Translations under genes and position numbers: made by a program
Part shown: in pieces, positions 1-11,260 of the stretch
Numbering within the stretch: position 1 is the stretch's first letter
How the letters are laid out: every line of letters starts with the position of its first letter
Source of the DNA: Strigamia acuminata
Lineage: Eukaryota
Length of the DNA stretch: 64,000 bases
Direction: 5' to 3'
NCBI GenBank assembly: GCA_949358305.1
Contig: OX442314.1
Location: forward strand, 25,916,001 to 25,980,000
Notes under the pieces: model-generated
The model's input: the letters and a program-made list of their open reading frames with translations, nothing else
What the model was told of the DNA's origin: nothing
Databases searched by the model: none

Positions 1-1588
1 TGACGATTACCTTCTGGAGATAGCAATTGCTAAACTAAAGTGTGAACTATCCGTGTGAAAATGTAAAATATGCAAACCTGATGTTTTCTCAAAACATATA
101 ACATTTATTCCGGTTTGAACCTTATATAAATACTATGCCTACAAGTGGCTAAAATGACGATAAGTTAAACTATACAGTTATTTGGCAAAAGCCCTGAAAT
201 AATATCATTTGAAGGCTTCAGTCATGCAATAAGAATTTGTAACGGTCTTATTGCTGTGACGTAAAAGATGTCATCTATGAATGGCTTTGGCTTCTAAATG
301 GTCCGGGGTTTGGTTCTAAAAGGCGTGTAAATGGTTAGGCTGGGTGGGTTATATCCGAGAGGTGCGGTTGACTTTTCTGTATCGTCACACACATCGCGTC
401 GCAGATAATTATTGTAATCAATAATTATTGCGAGATGTAACAATGTGAGAATAAATATTCATATTAATTCTATGGAATTGATCATGATATTTTATAGTCA
501 CAAACTTAACTAAAACTATGAAAATAAGTAAAATATATTAAAATAGCGCCGAGCTATTTTTGCCCCGAGTGCAATCAACATCTAAGTTAGACTTAAATGT
601 TCCGTCAAACCAATAACGAATTGAATCGAAATATCTCGCAGGAAAGGTTATCCATCGCCGGGAAATTACTCCACTCGGTCCTGGCTGGCGGGAGAGTAAC
701 CGGGAAATTACTCCGCGTCGATCACTCTGATAATGCGTCTGTGAAATATAAATACTCCACTCTAGATTCTACATTACCAATGCGTCTGTGAATTTTACTC
801 CACTCTAGATTCTGCACTCTACAACGGAATGTTGGCATGAAGCTGGAGGGAGTGCGTCTGTGGGTTGTACCCCACTCTAGATACTACACTTAAATGTGTC
901 TGTGAATCTCTCCACTCTAGTTACTACATTTCTACAACGGAATGTTGGCATGAAGAGGCGGGAAGTGTGTCTGTGAGTCTTCTACCCACTCTAGATACTT
1001 ACACTAAATACAAAGTATTTCTACAACGGATTGTCGGAACGCAGAGAAGTATAATATGTGCTCAAGTAATATCAGTATCAAACAAAAACAGAACAAGAGC
1101 GAGCTATATCCGTTTTGCAGGGGGATATATACTCGGTGAGGAGAATAGCTGTTCAGTGATCCAATGGGATCACTGGGCAGTCAAATCCATCCAATCCCAG
1201 ATCATAGGAAGTGGATACTCAGGACATAGTCTTCTACTAGGTCCACTACAGGAACTGGATACGCAGGACACATTTTGGATTAAGTCCCTTTGACTATAAT
1301 CCAAAAGGAGTCCAACTCACAGTGGGTGATGGGGGGTGACTTCACCAGGTGTAGAGTTTGCACATAATTCAATAGAATTATGTGACAAATAAATCAACTA
1401 ATATTTAAACATCCAAAAGTATTTAAAAGTGTCTAAAGTCGCAGTGGAATAAAATATAAATAGTAATTTATATTTTATTCACTCAAAAATTGTCGAAATT
1501 TGAAATTACCGCTAAAACGTACCAGCGCCATCTATCGGTGAAATGTTCGTCCTATATTAACAAAGTGTTTGACAGTGTAACCGTCACA
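1..1588 (-). repeat. 3' LTR of element A
   Basis: No differences seen against 25260-26847. Termini TGTGACG(A/G)TTAC...GTAACCGTCACA form an 11/12 inverted repeat. Confidence 0.97.
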
Positions 1589-1600
1589 AGTCCCCCTTAA
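1589..1600 (-). promoter_or_regulatory. Polypurine tract of element A
   Basis: Minus strand TTAAGGGGGACT abuts the LTR's TG. Confidence 0.85.
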
Positions 1601-2244
1601 ATATATGTTAATACCTGTATTAACATACTATTTATTCCGAATATCTTGAGGATCAAGACCACACTGTCATCTCTGGAACTGGAGCTGTAATCCTTGGTAA
1701 GTAAAAACCTTTATTTTATATCTTAATAGTATAAATAAAGCGTATTTCTTAATCAAATGCTTCAAAAAATATTTATTAGGATTATAAAACTCTCAATTAT
1801 TAATAATAATTCCAATCTCTCTTTACAGGTGGACTTACAACTGCATCAAGAAAAGGCGATAACTTAAACTAACACCAAACTCTTGTATCAAACAAATGAT
1901 TAATAAAATTTAACAATTATTTTCACAAAACGTAACTTCTCACTGGAAATATAATGATTTGCAAAATAACACTTTACACGTTAAAATTCAAGTATTAAAA
2001 TTAGTATTCATATAAACAAACTCACATTGACTCGTAATCAAATTTTAACAGAATTGTTAGTTTAAATATTAAAGATCTTTGAATTATTCACAAAAAACGG
2101 CATAAAATACACCTGAACCTGACTAAATCTTTGTTTCAACTCGGGTCAAGAAATGGAGATGGAGAAAATGGACTCGTTACTTCTGGTCTTGCCTAAAAGG
2201 AAAGATATCGGGAAAGTAACGGATCCCGACATCGTTGACGCTTT

Positions 2245-3900
2245 CTAGTCCAACTCTTCATCCTCAATGAATCCTTCCATGGATGTAACAACTTCCGAGA
2301 CGGCTGCGGGTGGAGAATTAAGTTGCATAGCTACCAATTCCGGTACTGCATCTGGCTCAACGTCATGGGCCAGGGGATTCAGGAGCATTCTGTGTTGTTC
2401 CTCGGTGAATACTTCCAGGGGATCAGGCCCTCCTAACGGAATGGTGTTAGCGCTGGTTGGCTCGGAAAAAACCAAGTGATGGTCGGGTAAGCCAGAGTGC
2501 CATCCCTCACGAATCAATGGGTGTGCTGCTGCTGAGACCTGTTGCAAAATCTTACACCAAATGAAAGAGCGAGTTTGAAAGGATTCCGGCCGGGATGGAT
2601 GAAAAATCCATTGGATCACGGCCAGCGGCACGCTCAAATCTGGAATTTGGTCGTTTGAAATCGACACACTAATACGCTTAGCTGCTTCCAATAAAATTGG
2701 GAAATAATGTTCCACTTCCGCCTTAGTTTGCTCCGTGAGCGACATGTTTGGTCTTGGCATGTATGGGTGAACCAGTAAAATGACCGGTTCAGCAGCGTCG
2801 CTTACTTCGGGGAGCGGAATAGTCGCTACAATCATGTTGTTAGTCGATGTTCCCTCTGGAGAAGCGGCGGTTTGCAGACCAGAATCGGAGGCAACCGGCG
2901 GAGAATCAGACGCAACAACTGACATTGGTTCGTTTTCCGCCGAGACGACTGAAGTTCCATCAATCGCAGGGGTGGGGGTTTCCGGCTCGCGTTGTGGCTC
3001 CGTAAATCCTCCTCGTGGAGTCGAGGTGCTGGACATTTGTGCCGGGTCTACATAAATAGCCTGCTCCGGGCCCTGGTGGATGAGGCCACATTCGCGACAC
3101 ATCGCCCAATTGCGTGCTGTCGGCGTACTTAGCCCCTTGACGATAAATGGAAGAATTTCTTCATTCCACATGCTGGATATGGCAACGCGTTTACCACCGT
3201 GACAGTTCACACAGACCACGGCGTGAATGCCGGATAACAAGGACGACAACCATCCGCATCCTGCGCACAATGGGCAGAACATCAGTTTCGACTTCGGCAT
3301 GATGTTGGTTCCCAAGGCGGCAGCTTCCATGTCGCGAAATACATGTTCTCGCCGTTGCTTCCGATAAATCGGTAAGTTGAGCTCCGATAATGAGCGAGCT
3401 TGCGATGTTGGGCGGGTCAACGCCTCGGATGAAGATGCCAACGTGGACTTGGTGGGTCCTTTGGACTTGCCGGTTTTTCCTCGACTAGCGGTATCGCGAG
3501 GATTTCGTGGTCGAGCAAATGGTCTGCTGGTAGTCTGGGGCGGAGCTTCCTCATAAGATTCTTCTTCTTGTGAGAAGTCGTCTTGGCGCCGTCTCCTTGA
3601 AGCAGAACGGGAGTATTGTGACGAGTCGTCAGAAAAATCCCAATTCGGAGTCTCGTGGGGCGCATCATAGGTTACGACACGCTGACTCGCTTGACGGCCT
3701 CTGGAAGGACGTGAGTCGGTCGGGCTAACACCCATGGCGGTCCTAATTCGGGGCGGTACGAGATCCGGGTTATCACGGGCCCAGTTGGCGACGAGCTCGG
3801 GGTCAGAGGAGGGATTAACAAAGCGATAATCCGGTTCTTCAGACTCTTCTGGATCCCAATGCACGTACTGTCGCTTGCTAGCACGACCTCGGCGACTCAT
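2245..3900 (-). CDS. Element A ORF3, 551 aa, unknown function: basic Arg/Ser-rich N-terminus and Cys-rich putative zinc-binding core; not Env-like
   Basis: Long intact ATG-initiated ORF, GC-richer than its flanks, between pol and PPT on the sense strand. Motifs CPLCAGCG, CVNCHGG, CRECGLIH. No signal peptide or transmembrane run. Confidence 0.85.
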   Translation of the reverse strand: MSRRGRASKRQYVHWDPEESEEPDYRFVNPSSDPELVANWARDNPDLVPPRIRTAMGVSPTDSRPSRGRQASQRVVTYDAPHETPNWDFSDDSSQYSRSASRRRRQDDFSQEEESYEEAPPQTTSRPFARPRNPRDTASRGKTGKSKGPTKSTLASSSEALTRPTSQARSLSELNLPIYRKQRREHVFRDMEAAALGTNIMPKSKLMFCPLCAGCGWLSSLLSGIHAVVCVNCHGGKRVAISSMWNEEILPFIVKGLSTPTARNWAMCRECGLIHQGPEQAIYVDPAQMSSTSTPRGGFTEPQREPETPTPAIDGTSVVSAENEPMSVVASDSPPVASDSGLQTAASPEGTSTNNMIVATIPLPEVSDAAEPVILLVHPYMPRPNMSLTEQTKAEVEHYFPILLEAAKRISVSISNDQIPDLSVPLAVIQWIFHPSRPESFQTRSFIWCKILQQVSAAAHPLIREGWHSGLPDHHLVFSEPTSANTIPLGGPDPLEVFTEEQHRMLLNPLAHDVEPDAVPELVAMQLNSPPAAVSEVVTSMEGFIEDEELD

Positions 3901-5195
3901 TGCATCTTCAAAAAATATAAATTTTATTTGAGAACACGAATCAAACTGTCGGTAATTAATTTAATTTCAAATTAAATTAATTGTCGACCAACAACTGGAT
4001 TAATTTCGCAATTAAATTCTTAAGTTCCTTTTGTTAGCGGGTTTCCTTCATTTGTCGAATAATTATTAACATTAATAATTATTCTTGACTTGGTAGATAA
4101 TTTCATCTTATCCTTTAAAACAATATCGTTGAAAAACTATTCAAATTAGTGTTTATTAAATAAAATAAACCTAATTTTTACATCTAAACGACATAATAAC
4201 TAAACAACCTGTCAAAATATTAAAAAATATTTTTGCAGTATTTTTAGTATCTGACAATATACATGATTTTTAACTGTACGAATAACTCTATAATTCGTCC
4301 GAGTAAAAATCTATCACCGACATCTGGTGGCGTTCGTTAGTATCATACACGTGACTTGTTAACACATGTATGCTCACCAATTTCAAAGGAATTTAAGCGA
4401 TATTTTTTATCTTTTATAAAATAAACACTTACTAACTAGGTGCAGTCCTAACAGGGTATATTTGGCTAGTTTAACGTCTAGCTTCGCGTATTTGCGAGGG
4501 CTGCTCGGTTCCGGCGACGTTGGCCGATAAAGACGTTGTGCGGCACGTGCAAATTCTAAGTCTGCCGTAATGGACGCTTAACCAAAATAAATGTCGTCAA
4601 TTAATGTCAAAATATTATTAATTTTGACAAAATATTGCTTAAATATTTACCGGAAAATCACGTAGTGAATTCGCGGGAAGGTTCCTTGTGATTTTGCCAC
4701 GAAATGGTTTCGATAATCAGCGTCGTGTCGATAATTTCTGAATTTGAACTGATATTCGTCAAATGAAAAAATCAGTAAAATAAACGATAAGTGTTCAAAA
4801 TCATCTAGATTTTAACTCACTAAATTCCAGCGAAAATCCGTTGAAGTGTCGAAAAGTCGAGAATAATCCTTGATTTCAGTCCAGTACAAAACTTGGCGAA
4901 CAAGTGAGTGATAATCTCAAACCAGGGGTTAAGGGGAGTTTCGAGGAGTAATTTGATTGGTTTGTAATTACTCATCTCGAAGTTTCTATTAACCCAAAGG
5001 GGGAAAACATAGTTTCAAGTAAATGTTTACACGTAGATTAATTTAAATACAATCGGCCGTGTAAAAATAACTCAAACATTTGTTAAATTTTATCTACATT
5101 GGTGAAATGTTTTTATTAATAAAATTTAACAATCCTTCGTGAATATGATTGGAAATATTTATTTAAAAAATAAAATATTTTCAATATATTGTGTC

Positions 5196-8100
5196 CTAAC
5201 CCAACTTGACTTGTGTTAAACAATTTATGAGTTGTACAAAATCGGTCACGTATTTTGTGTTCGGCTTGGGTCTACGTTTAGACTGTCGAACGGGAGATGG
5301 AAATCTTTTCCTCTTTTTAGACGGATTTTGAGGAGTTTCGTCCTCTTTAGAAGAAATCTGAGAAGTTTCCTCCTCTTTCTCTTCAACTAAATCCCCTGTT
5401 TCTATGGACACAGGTTCATTTATTAATTCTGAAGAATTAATAACCTGACCTGCCATCCAATCTGGAGTCGGGTGTGACTCGTTGGTACCGACTTTCTGAT
5501 CTAATGTCCATTCCTCAATCGGGTAACTTGGGATATAAGGCATTAAATCCTGTATGTTGATCGCTTTTGCTTTTGAATTGTCGGAGAGCTTCCGTAGCGT
5601 GTAGGAACCTCCGCCGAGAATAGCCGTAATTTCCCAAGGTCCATCACGTTTCTCAGCGAATCCTGCCGAAATCCCTTTATCTTTATTTGATAAAATATGT
5701 GTGGCTTTCCACACGAGATCTCCTTTGGCAAATTGACAAATATAATATTTGTCTTTATGTAGTCGATCATGCTTTTCGTAATTCGATTGAATTTTCCGAT
5801 GCATTTCGCTGTGTGCACGTCTAATTACGTCTAAAATACTATAGACATAAGCTTCGGGGTTCTCTTTGTCGAATTTGATGGCGTGTTTAGTAATACGCGG
5901 GTCAAATGGCAAAGGAACGATTCTTCCTGTATTAAGAATCATCGGAGAACAATTTGTTGCCTCGGACTTAGCGGTGCGCATCGCAAAGGCAAAAGAATTT
6001 AAATATTTTGGCCAGTGAGAGTGAATGTCTGAGTATAAAGCTAACATCATTTTTAAAGTCCTGTTAGCCCGCTCTGTAATATTAGCGGCAGCGTGATATG
6101 GGCTAATGTGAGCAATATCTACGTGATTTTTTCGACAAAAATCATTAAATATTGTTGACACGAATTGTTTGCCGTTGTCGGAGATTATCTTTTTTGGATA
6201 TCCCCAACGGTGGAAAACTTCGCTCATCTTATTAACAATGCATTCACTTGATGCAGTTGCTAGTGGGAAGACTTCAATCCATTTTGTACAATTATCAATG
6301 ATTACTAAAATCCATTTTAATTGTGAACGACCAGCTGGCTTTGGTCCCATCAGGTCAATGCTTATTGTCTCCCATGGGTTGGTCATGTTGTGGGGTGTAT
6401 AGCTTGCCCGATGCTTTTGGTGTTGACTAGGTTTGTATTGTTGGCAATGAGTGCAACTGCGAACGTAGTTTCGAGTGTCTTTGCTCATTCTAGGCCAGAA
6501 ATACATCTTCTTTGCTCTATCTAGGGTTTTACTCATGCCAGCGTGTCCTGTAAGTGGGTGGCCATGGCATGCGAATAATGCACGTCTCACAAGAGAGCGT
6601 GGAATTACCGCCTTAAACCCGTTGCCGGAGTCGTTTAACTCCTCCTCATCGGTCGGAGCAAAATAAATTAGCATAACACCTTTATTTTCTTCCGGTTCGT
6701 CGAGAGTGTAGCCACGAATCGCATTTAACCAATGTTTATCCGTGATACGATTTTTTAATTTTTCGTCTCCTTTTAGGTAAACAAGGATTTTACTACATGC
6801 TGGATCTTTAAGCTGCGCTTCGATAATTTCGTCTCGCGTCGGCGGAACTACTTTTAGGATATCTGTTAGCGCAGTGTGTACATTTTCGTGATTACAATTG
6901 TGGACATCTATATGTCTGCAATTTTCTCTCGTACATCCTTCTTCCTCCCCCTTTTCTCCAGAATCATGAAATCTAACTGGATTATATGATTCTGAGAAAA
7001 AGTCTAAACAAAGGCCAACATTTGCAAGAAAATGTTTGCGCTTAGTTTCCGTCACTTGTAAAGATGCACACCTGTTTCCATTCCAAGTTGGATAGAAATG
7101 GGTGATCTCCTCTGGTTCGATATAATCATAATCCGGAGTGTCTAGTGCAGACAGTGGAGCGCGTGATAATGCGTCCGCTACTTGGTTCATTGCACCGCGT
7201 CTAAAAATAATTTTAAACGCGCCACATTGTATTTTGACGGCCCAACGACCAAACCTTCCCGATGGTTCCGGCGTACTCATCAACCAGCTAAGGGCCTTAG
7301 CATCGGACTCGAGAGTGAAAGTCGTGTATTCAATATAAGGGCGAAATCTTTCGATTGCCCATACAACGGCCAAACACTCCAATTCCGGCGTAGAATACCT
7401 TACTTCGGCCCCGTGTAACACTCGACTGGCGTACGCGACTGCTTTTGGGACCATAATTAATTTCTGTTTCTTTTCACAGAATAATTCTACGTCTTGACAG
7501 AGTACTGCACCTAAACCTGAATGAGAAGCATCTGTCAAAATGACAAAAGGCTTATTCATATCTGGCATGTGGAGAAGGGCTTGGTCCTTGTCACACAAAA
7601 TATCTTTGATAGTTTCGAATGCAGTTGTTTGTGGATCATCCCACACAAACTTTGCTTGATCATGCATAATATTGGTCAATGGACGAGCAATATTTGCGAT
7701 GTTAGGAATGAATTTTCGGAAAAAATTCGCAAGTCCTACAAATCTTTGAATGTCTTTAGAACAAGTCGGTTTGGGAAAATTCCTTACAGCCGAGACTTTG
7801 TCCGGGTCTGGAAGAAGAGATCCCTCGGAAATTAAATGGCCTAAAAATCGTAATGATGTTCGACCAAATTTTGACTTGTCTTTATTGATAGTTAGATTTG
7901 CGGCATCTAACTTCTCAAGTACGTCTTTAATATGTAATAAATGATTTTCCCATGTGTCGGAAAAAATAATTATATCGTCTAAGTAGACCAGAGCGTGTTT
8001 ATATAAAGAGTCACCCAATACGGTAGTCATGAGGTGTTGAAAAGAGCTAGGTGCATTACAAAGACCAAATGGCAGTCTCTTGAATTGAAATTTGCCTTTT

Positions 8101-9476
8101 GGAGTGTAAAAAGCAGTTTTGCTCTTATCCTCCTCCTCCATTTCCATTTGATGATAACCTTTAGTTAAATCAATGGATGTAAAGTACTTGGCCTGATTAG
8201 TATGGTGAATTAATAGGTCAATACTTGGCATTTGAATTGCATCAACTTCTGTGATCGCATTCAACCAGCGGTAGTCGATACATAATCGATACTTCCCGCC
8301 GGGTTTAGCCACTATGACGGGGTGACTTATATAAGGGCCAGTGGCAGGTTCGATTAACCCATCAGCCTCTAACTCCTCGACCAATTCCGTCATAATGGCC
8401 TTCTTGGCTGGATTGTACATTCTATATGGCTGGTGTTTCCAAGTAGCACCAGGTTTAAACTTGATGCTGTGCTTGGCCACCTTCGTACAGCCCAATTGAT
8501 CTCGAAATACGTTTTTTAATTGCAAAAGAACGTTTACGAGTAACCGTTTTTCTTCCGCCGAGCTGTTGCAGCCTTCGACGAGTTTTTCTGCCCAATCAGG
8601 TGAAGTGGGAGTTCCTTCACCTTGGAGACCCAAAGTCCTAATGCTTGCTAAACAACAGTTAAGTTCAGTGGTCTCGTATGGCGCTGTCCATCCGGGCATG
8701 TCATCACAGGTGAACACAGCCCGTCGAGGATTAGGGTTTATCCCCGTTCTACGCATAAAATTGTGACCCAAAATCAACCCACATACATTCTTGTGTAGAA
8801 TTATGAAGGTCATAGGTGTAACTCTCCTTTTATCGGCCCATTTGACACAAAGACAAACTTGACCGATAGGTCGGTGATCTATTCCGACCGCGCAGACACG
8901 CATTCCGCGGGGACATTCTTGTATGAATTCCACCGGAATTTCTGTGTTTGAAAGGAGTTGTACTCCAATAAAACATTGGGTGGCTCCAGAGTCCATTAGT
9001 GCGTTGTAATCTAAACCTCCAATTTGGACATTCATACGCGGATCATCTTTGCCACCATTAATTAATTTGCTATTGCAAAGTTTGCCAAGAAATATTTTTC
9101 GTTCTTTCTTGTTCCATTTTTCAAGTTTAAGAATTTTCCTTAACTTGAAAACTTTGGGTACAAGCGGTTTCTTTGGCGCATTCCAACTTCCACTGAAAAT
9201 ACTCAAATTTTCTAGTTGGTCTGTCATGATTTTTAAATTCTCATCGACACCACCAGTGGAACTACTAGCTTTCCGACAGACAGGCACTGCTTCGTAAGAA
9301 ATGACCAACGATGGTGGTTTATTCTTCGAATCATCGACATAAGGTACTGTGAGATGACTAGGCTTATGTCTTATTTTAATTTCTTTTTTATGAAAAAATA
9401 AATCATTTGAAAATTCCGAGAGAGGAAACAACTCGTTAGGCGGGGGTTGGGCAACTTGAACAACCCCCTGAATCAG
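5196..9476 (-). CDS. pol: Element A Pol (protease, RT, RNase H, integrase), expressed by -1 frameshift
   Basis: LMDSGA, YLDD, TDAS, H-H-CxxC zinc finger, IDLMGP/SDNG integrase core, GPW motif. The frame stays open from the slippery site at 9482-9476 into the listed 1411-aa ORF. Confidence 0.97.
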   Translation of the reverse strand: MIQGVVQVAQPPPNELFPLSEFSNDLFFHKKEIKIRHKPSHLTVPYVDDSKNKPPSLVISYEAVPVCRKASSSTGGVDENLKIMTDQLENLSIFSGSWNAPKKPLVPKVFKLRKILKLEKWNKKERKIFLGKLCNSKLINGGKDDPRMNVQIGGLDYNALMDSGATQCFIGVQLLSNTEIPVEFIQECPRGMRVCAVGIDHRPIGQVCLCVKWADKRRVTPMTFIILHKNVCGLILGHNFMRRTGINPNPRRAVFTCDDMPGWTAPYETTELNCCLASIRTLGLQGEGTPTSPDWAEKLVEGCNSSAEEKRLLVNVLLQLKNVFRDQLGCTKVAKHSIKFKPGATWKHQPYRMYNPAKKAIMTELVEELEADGLIEPATGPYISHPVIVAKPGGKYRLCIDYRWLNAITEVDAIQMPSIDLLIHHTNQAKYFTSIDLTKGYHQMEMEEEDKSKTAFYTPKGKFQFKRLPFGLCNAPSSFQHLMTTVLGDSLYKHALVYLDDIIIFSDTWENHLLHIKDVLEKLDAANLTINKDKSKFGRTSLRFLGHLISEGSLLPDPDKVSAVRNFPKPTCSKDIQRFVGLANFFRKFIPNIANIARPLTNIMHDQAKFVWDDPQTTAFETIKDILCDKDQALLHMPDMNKPFVILTDASHSGLGAVLCQDVELFCEKKQKLIMVPKAVAYASRVLHGAEVRYSTPELECLAVVWAIERFRPYIEYTTFTLESDAKALSWLMSTPEPSGRFGRWAVKIQCGAFKIIFRRGAMNQVADALSRAPLSALDTPDYDYIEPEEITHFYPTWNGNRCASLQVTETKRKHFLANVGLCLDFFSESYNPVRFHDSGEKGEEEGCTRENCRHIDVHNCNHENVHTALTDILKVVPPTRDEIIEAQLKDPACSKILVYLKGDEKLKNRITDKHWLNAIRGYTLDEPEENKGVMLIYFAPTDEEELNDSGNGFKAVIPRSLVRRALFACHGHPLTGHAGMSKTLDRAKKMYFWPRMSKDTRNYVRSCTHCQQYKPSQHQKHRASYTPHNMTNPWETISIDLMGPKPAGRSQLKWILVIIDNCTKWIEVFPLATASSECIVNKMSEVFHRWGYPKKIISDNGKQFVSTIFNDFCRKNHVDIAHISPYHAAANITERANRTLKMMLALYSDIHSHWPKYLNSFAFAMRTAKSEATNCSPMILNTGRIVPLPFDPRITKHAIKFDKENPEAYVYSILDVIRRAHSEMHRKIQSNYEKHDRLHKDKYYICQFAKGDLVWKATHILSNKDKGISAGFAEKRDGPWEITAILGGGSYTLRKLSDNSKAKAINIQDLMPYIPSYPIEEWTLDQKVGTNESHPTPDWMAGQVINSSELINEPVSIETGDLVEEKEEETSQISSKEDETPQNPSKKRKRFPSPVRQSKRRPKPNTKYVTDFVQLINCLTQVKLG

Positions 9477-9482
9477 TTTTTT
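9442..9482 (-). promoter_or_regulatory. -1 programmed ribosomal frameshift signal of A
   Basis: A AAA AAC in the gag frame, 7-nt spacer, then stem GGGGGTTG/CAACCCCC. A -1 shift enters the pol frame. Confidence 0.85.
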
Positions 9483-11260
9483 GTCTCATCGGGAGTGACT
9501 GACTCAGTGGCTGCTGGTAAATGCTTAATTAACAGGTCAACCATGTTTTTCTGGAAGTCAGTAAATTTGGAGTCTAAAGTTTCTGACGTAACCCAATTTT
9601 GTTTGGGTCGTTTAAACTCGGGGTTGGGAGCAGAGTGGTTAAATCTTTTATTTGTATTTAACGAGTCTGATTTCCCTGCTAATTTTTTGGCAAGAGCGGG
9701 ACATTCTCTTTTAAAATGTCCAGGCTCGTGACAGAAAAAGCATTTTCCAGTAGTTTTTTCATACTGGGCGGCAAATAATCGCTCCATTGAACCATCGTCA
9801 GTTGAGTCGTCATTTTCCGACTCGTCTTCATCTTCAACTTCATCTTGTGTTTGCGTTAAACGTAGTGAGGTTTTGGATGGAAAAATCTTAGATTTTTCGT
9901 GAAGTTTGGGAGTAGGATGATTCTCTCGATTATCGTACTCCAATTTGGCTGCAAGTTGAGAACTTTCAAACTTAGAGCGATTTGCTCCTACATATTGTAG
10001 AATGTCATCTACTGTAAAGTTACCATACATTCCTTGTGTACATAACGCCGTGAAACTTTCTTGAGTTAGATTGTCGAATAATTGCGCACGTCCAGTTTTA
10101 TCACCTGGCGGCACTTCACCTTGTTCTTGCGTATAACGCAGAAGAAAACTATAAAGTGATTCGTCGGTTCGTTGTTTTACATTAAGAAGTCGCCTTTCTC
10201 TTGTAAGTGGAACGAGGTCGAAACAATCGAGAAAAGAGGCTTCGAAAGTTCGCCAACTGTTAAAAGTATGGCGTTGCTTATGGAACCAACGTTGTGCATG
10301 GCCTAATAGTCGTCCAGGTACAGCAGTGTGTACCATGTCGTCTAAAGGAATGCCTTTCCCGAGTGCGACAGCTTTGACGATTTCAAGGAATCGCGCAACC
10401 TCTGTCTGTTTCCCGTCAAAAATAGGAATCTCGATTCCTTTTCCAAAATTCTGACTGGGATTACTCGGGCTTCGAATCTGACCAACCAAACCCTGAATAA
10501 TTTGTTTTACGTTTTCGTCTGACAAATTAGAAGCAGAGTTCGAATTGGGTGTAGACCGACTTTCTTGGTCTCTGAGTGGCGGATTTGGTTCTTCTCGAAA
10601 ATTTTGGCGTCTATTAGGTGGCGGAGGAGAACGAGAATTATTACGTCGGTGGAAATTATTGTTATAATTTCCCCCTCCACCAGCGTGAGATTCGTCACTA
10701 CTCGAGTTAGGATCGGAGTCACGAGGGTCACCAGGAGCTCTGGGAAATCGTTGATTTCTCGGCGGAGCTCGTCCACCCTGAGAGCGGGAATTTCTATAAT
10801 TCCTAAAATCCCCATCAGATTGGGTGTGAGATTGAAAATTTTGATAATTTTCATTTCTCCCCCTTGGTAGGACCGACAGATTAGTTCGAGGCTGTGGAAC
10901 TCGAAAAGAATCATTCAAATTCCCAGTGGGAGCGGGTAAATTATTATTTACTGCCGTCGCACTTGGCAAATTTCGGGAAATTGGCGCAGAAATATTTCCT
11001 TGTCCGGAATTTCCCATTCTTTCGGCCGAATTCGATCGCCAAGAACTAGCTGGTAACTGAATCGAAGGTTGAACGGATAATGAAGAATTTAACTGCCCAT
11101 TGTCGTCACGAGCAACATTCATTCGCCATCCAGGTAATTGCTGGTAGCGATATGTGGCCGGTGAACGAGGGCCAGTTCGATCTACAGAAACACTTCGTTC
11201 GTTGGTTACAACTACATCGGGAGTAATTACACGATTTCTCTCGTGATGATTATTCGCCGT
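9473..11260 (-). pseudogene. gag: Element A gag, 3' part (separated from its 5' part by element B)
   Basis: Capsid-like region and zinc knuckle CFFCHEPGHFKREC. Frame open from the TSD at 11260 to the stop at 9473. Confidence 0.93.

Noticed and set aside
597..1293. 64-aa and 142-aa ORFs in A's LTR (repeated at 25856-26552 and in the solo LTR)
   Set aside because: Antisense to the element, built on LTR repeats, and the longer one is frameshifted in the solo LTR. They recur only because the LTR is duplicated.
2245..3900. ORF3 of A (and of B) as an envelope gene
   Set aside because: The position fits, but there is no signal peptide, transmembrane segment or fusion-protein layout.
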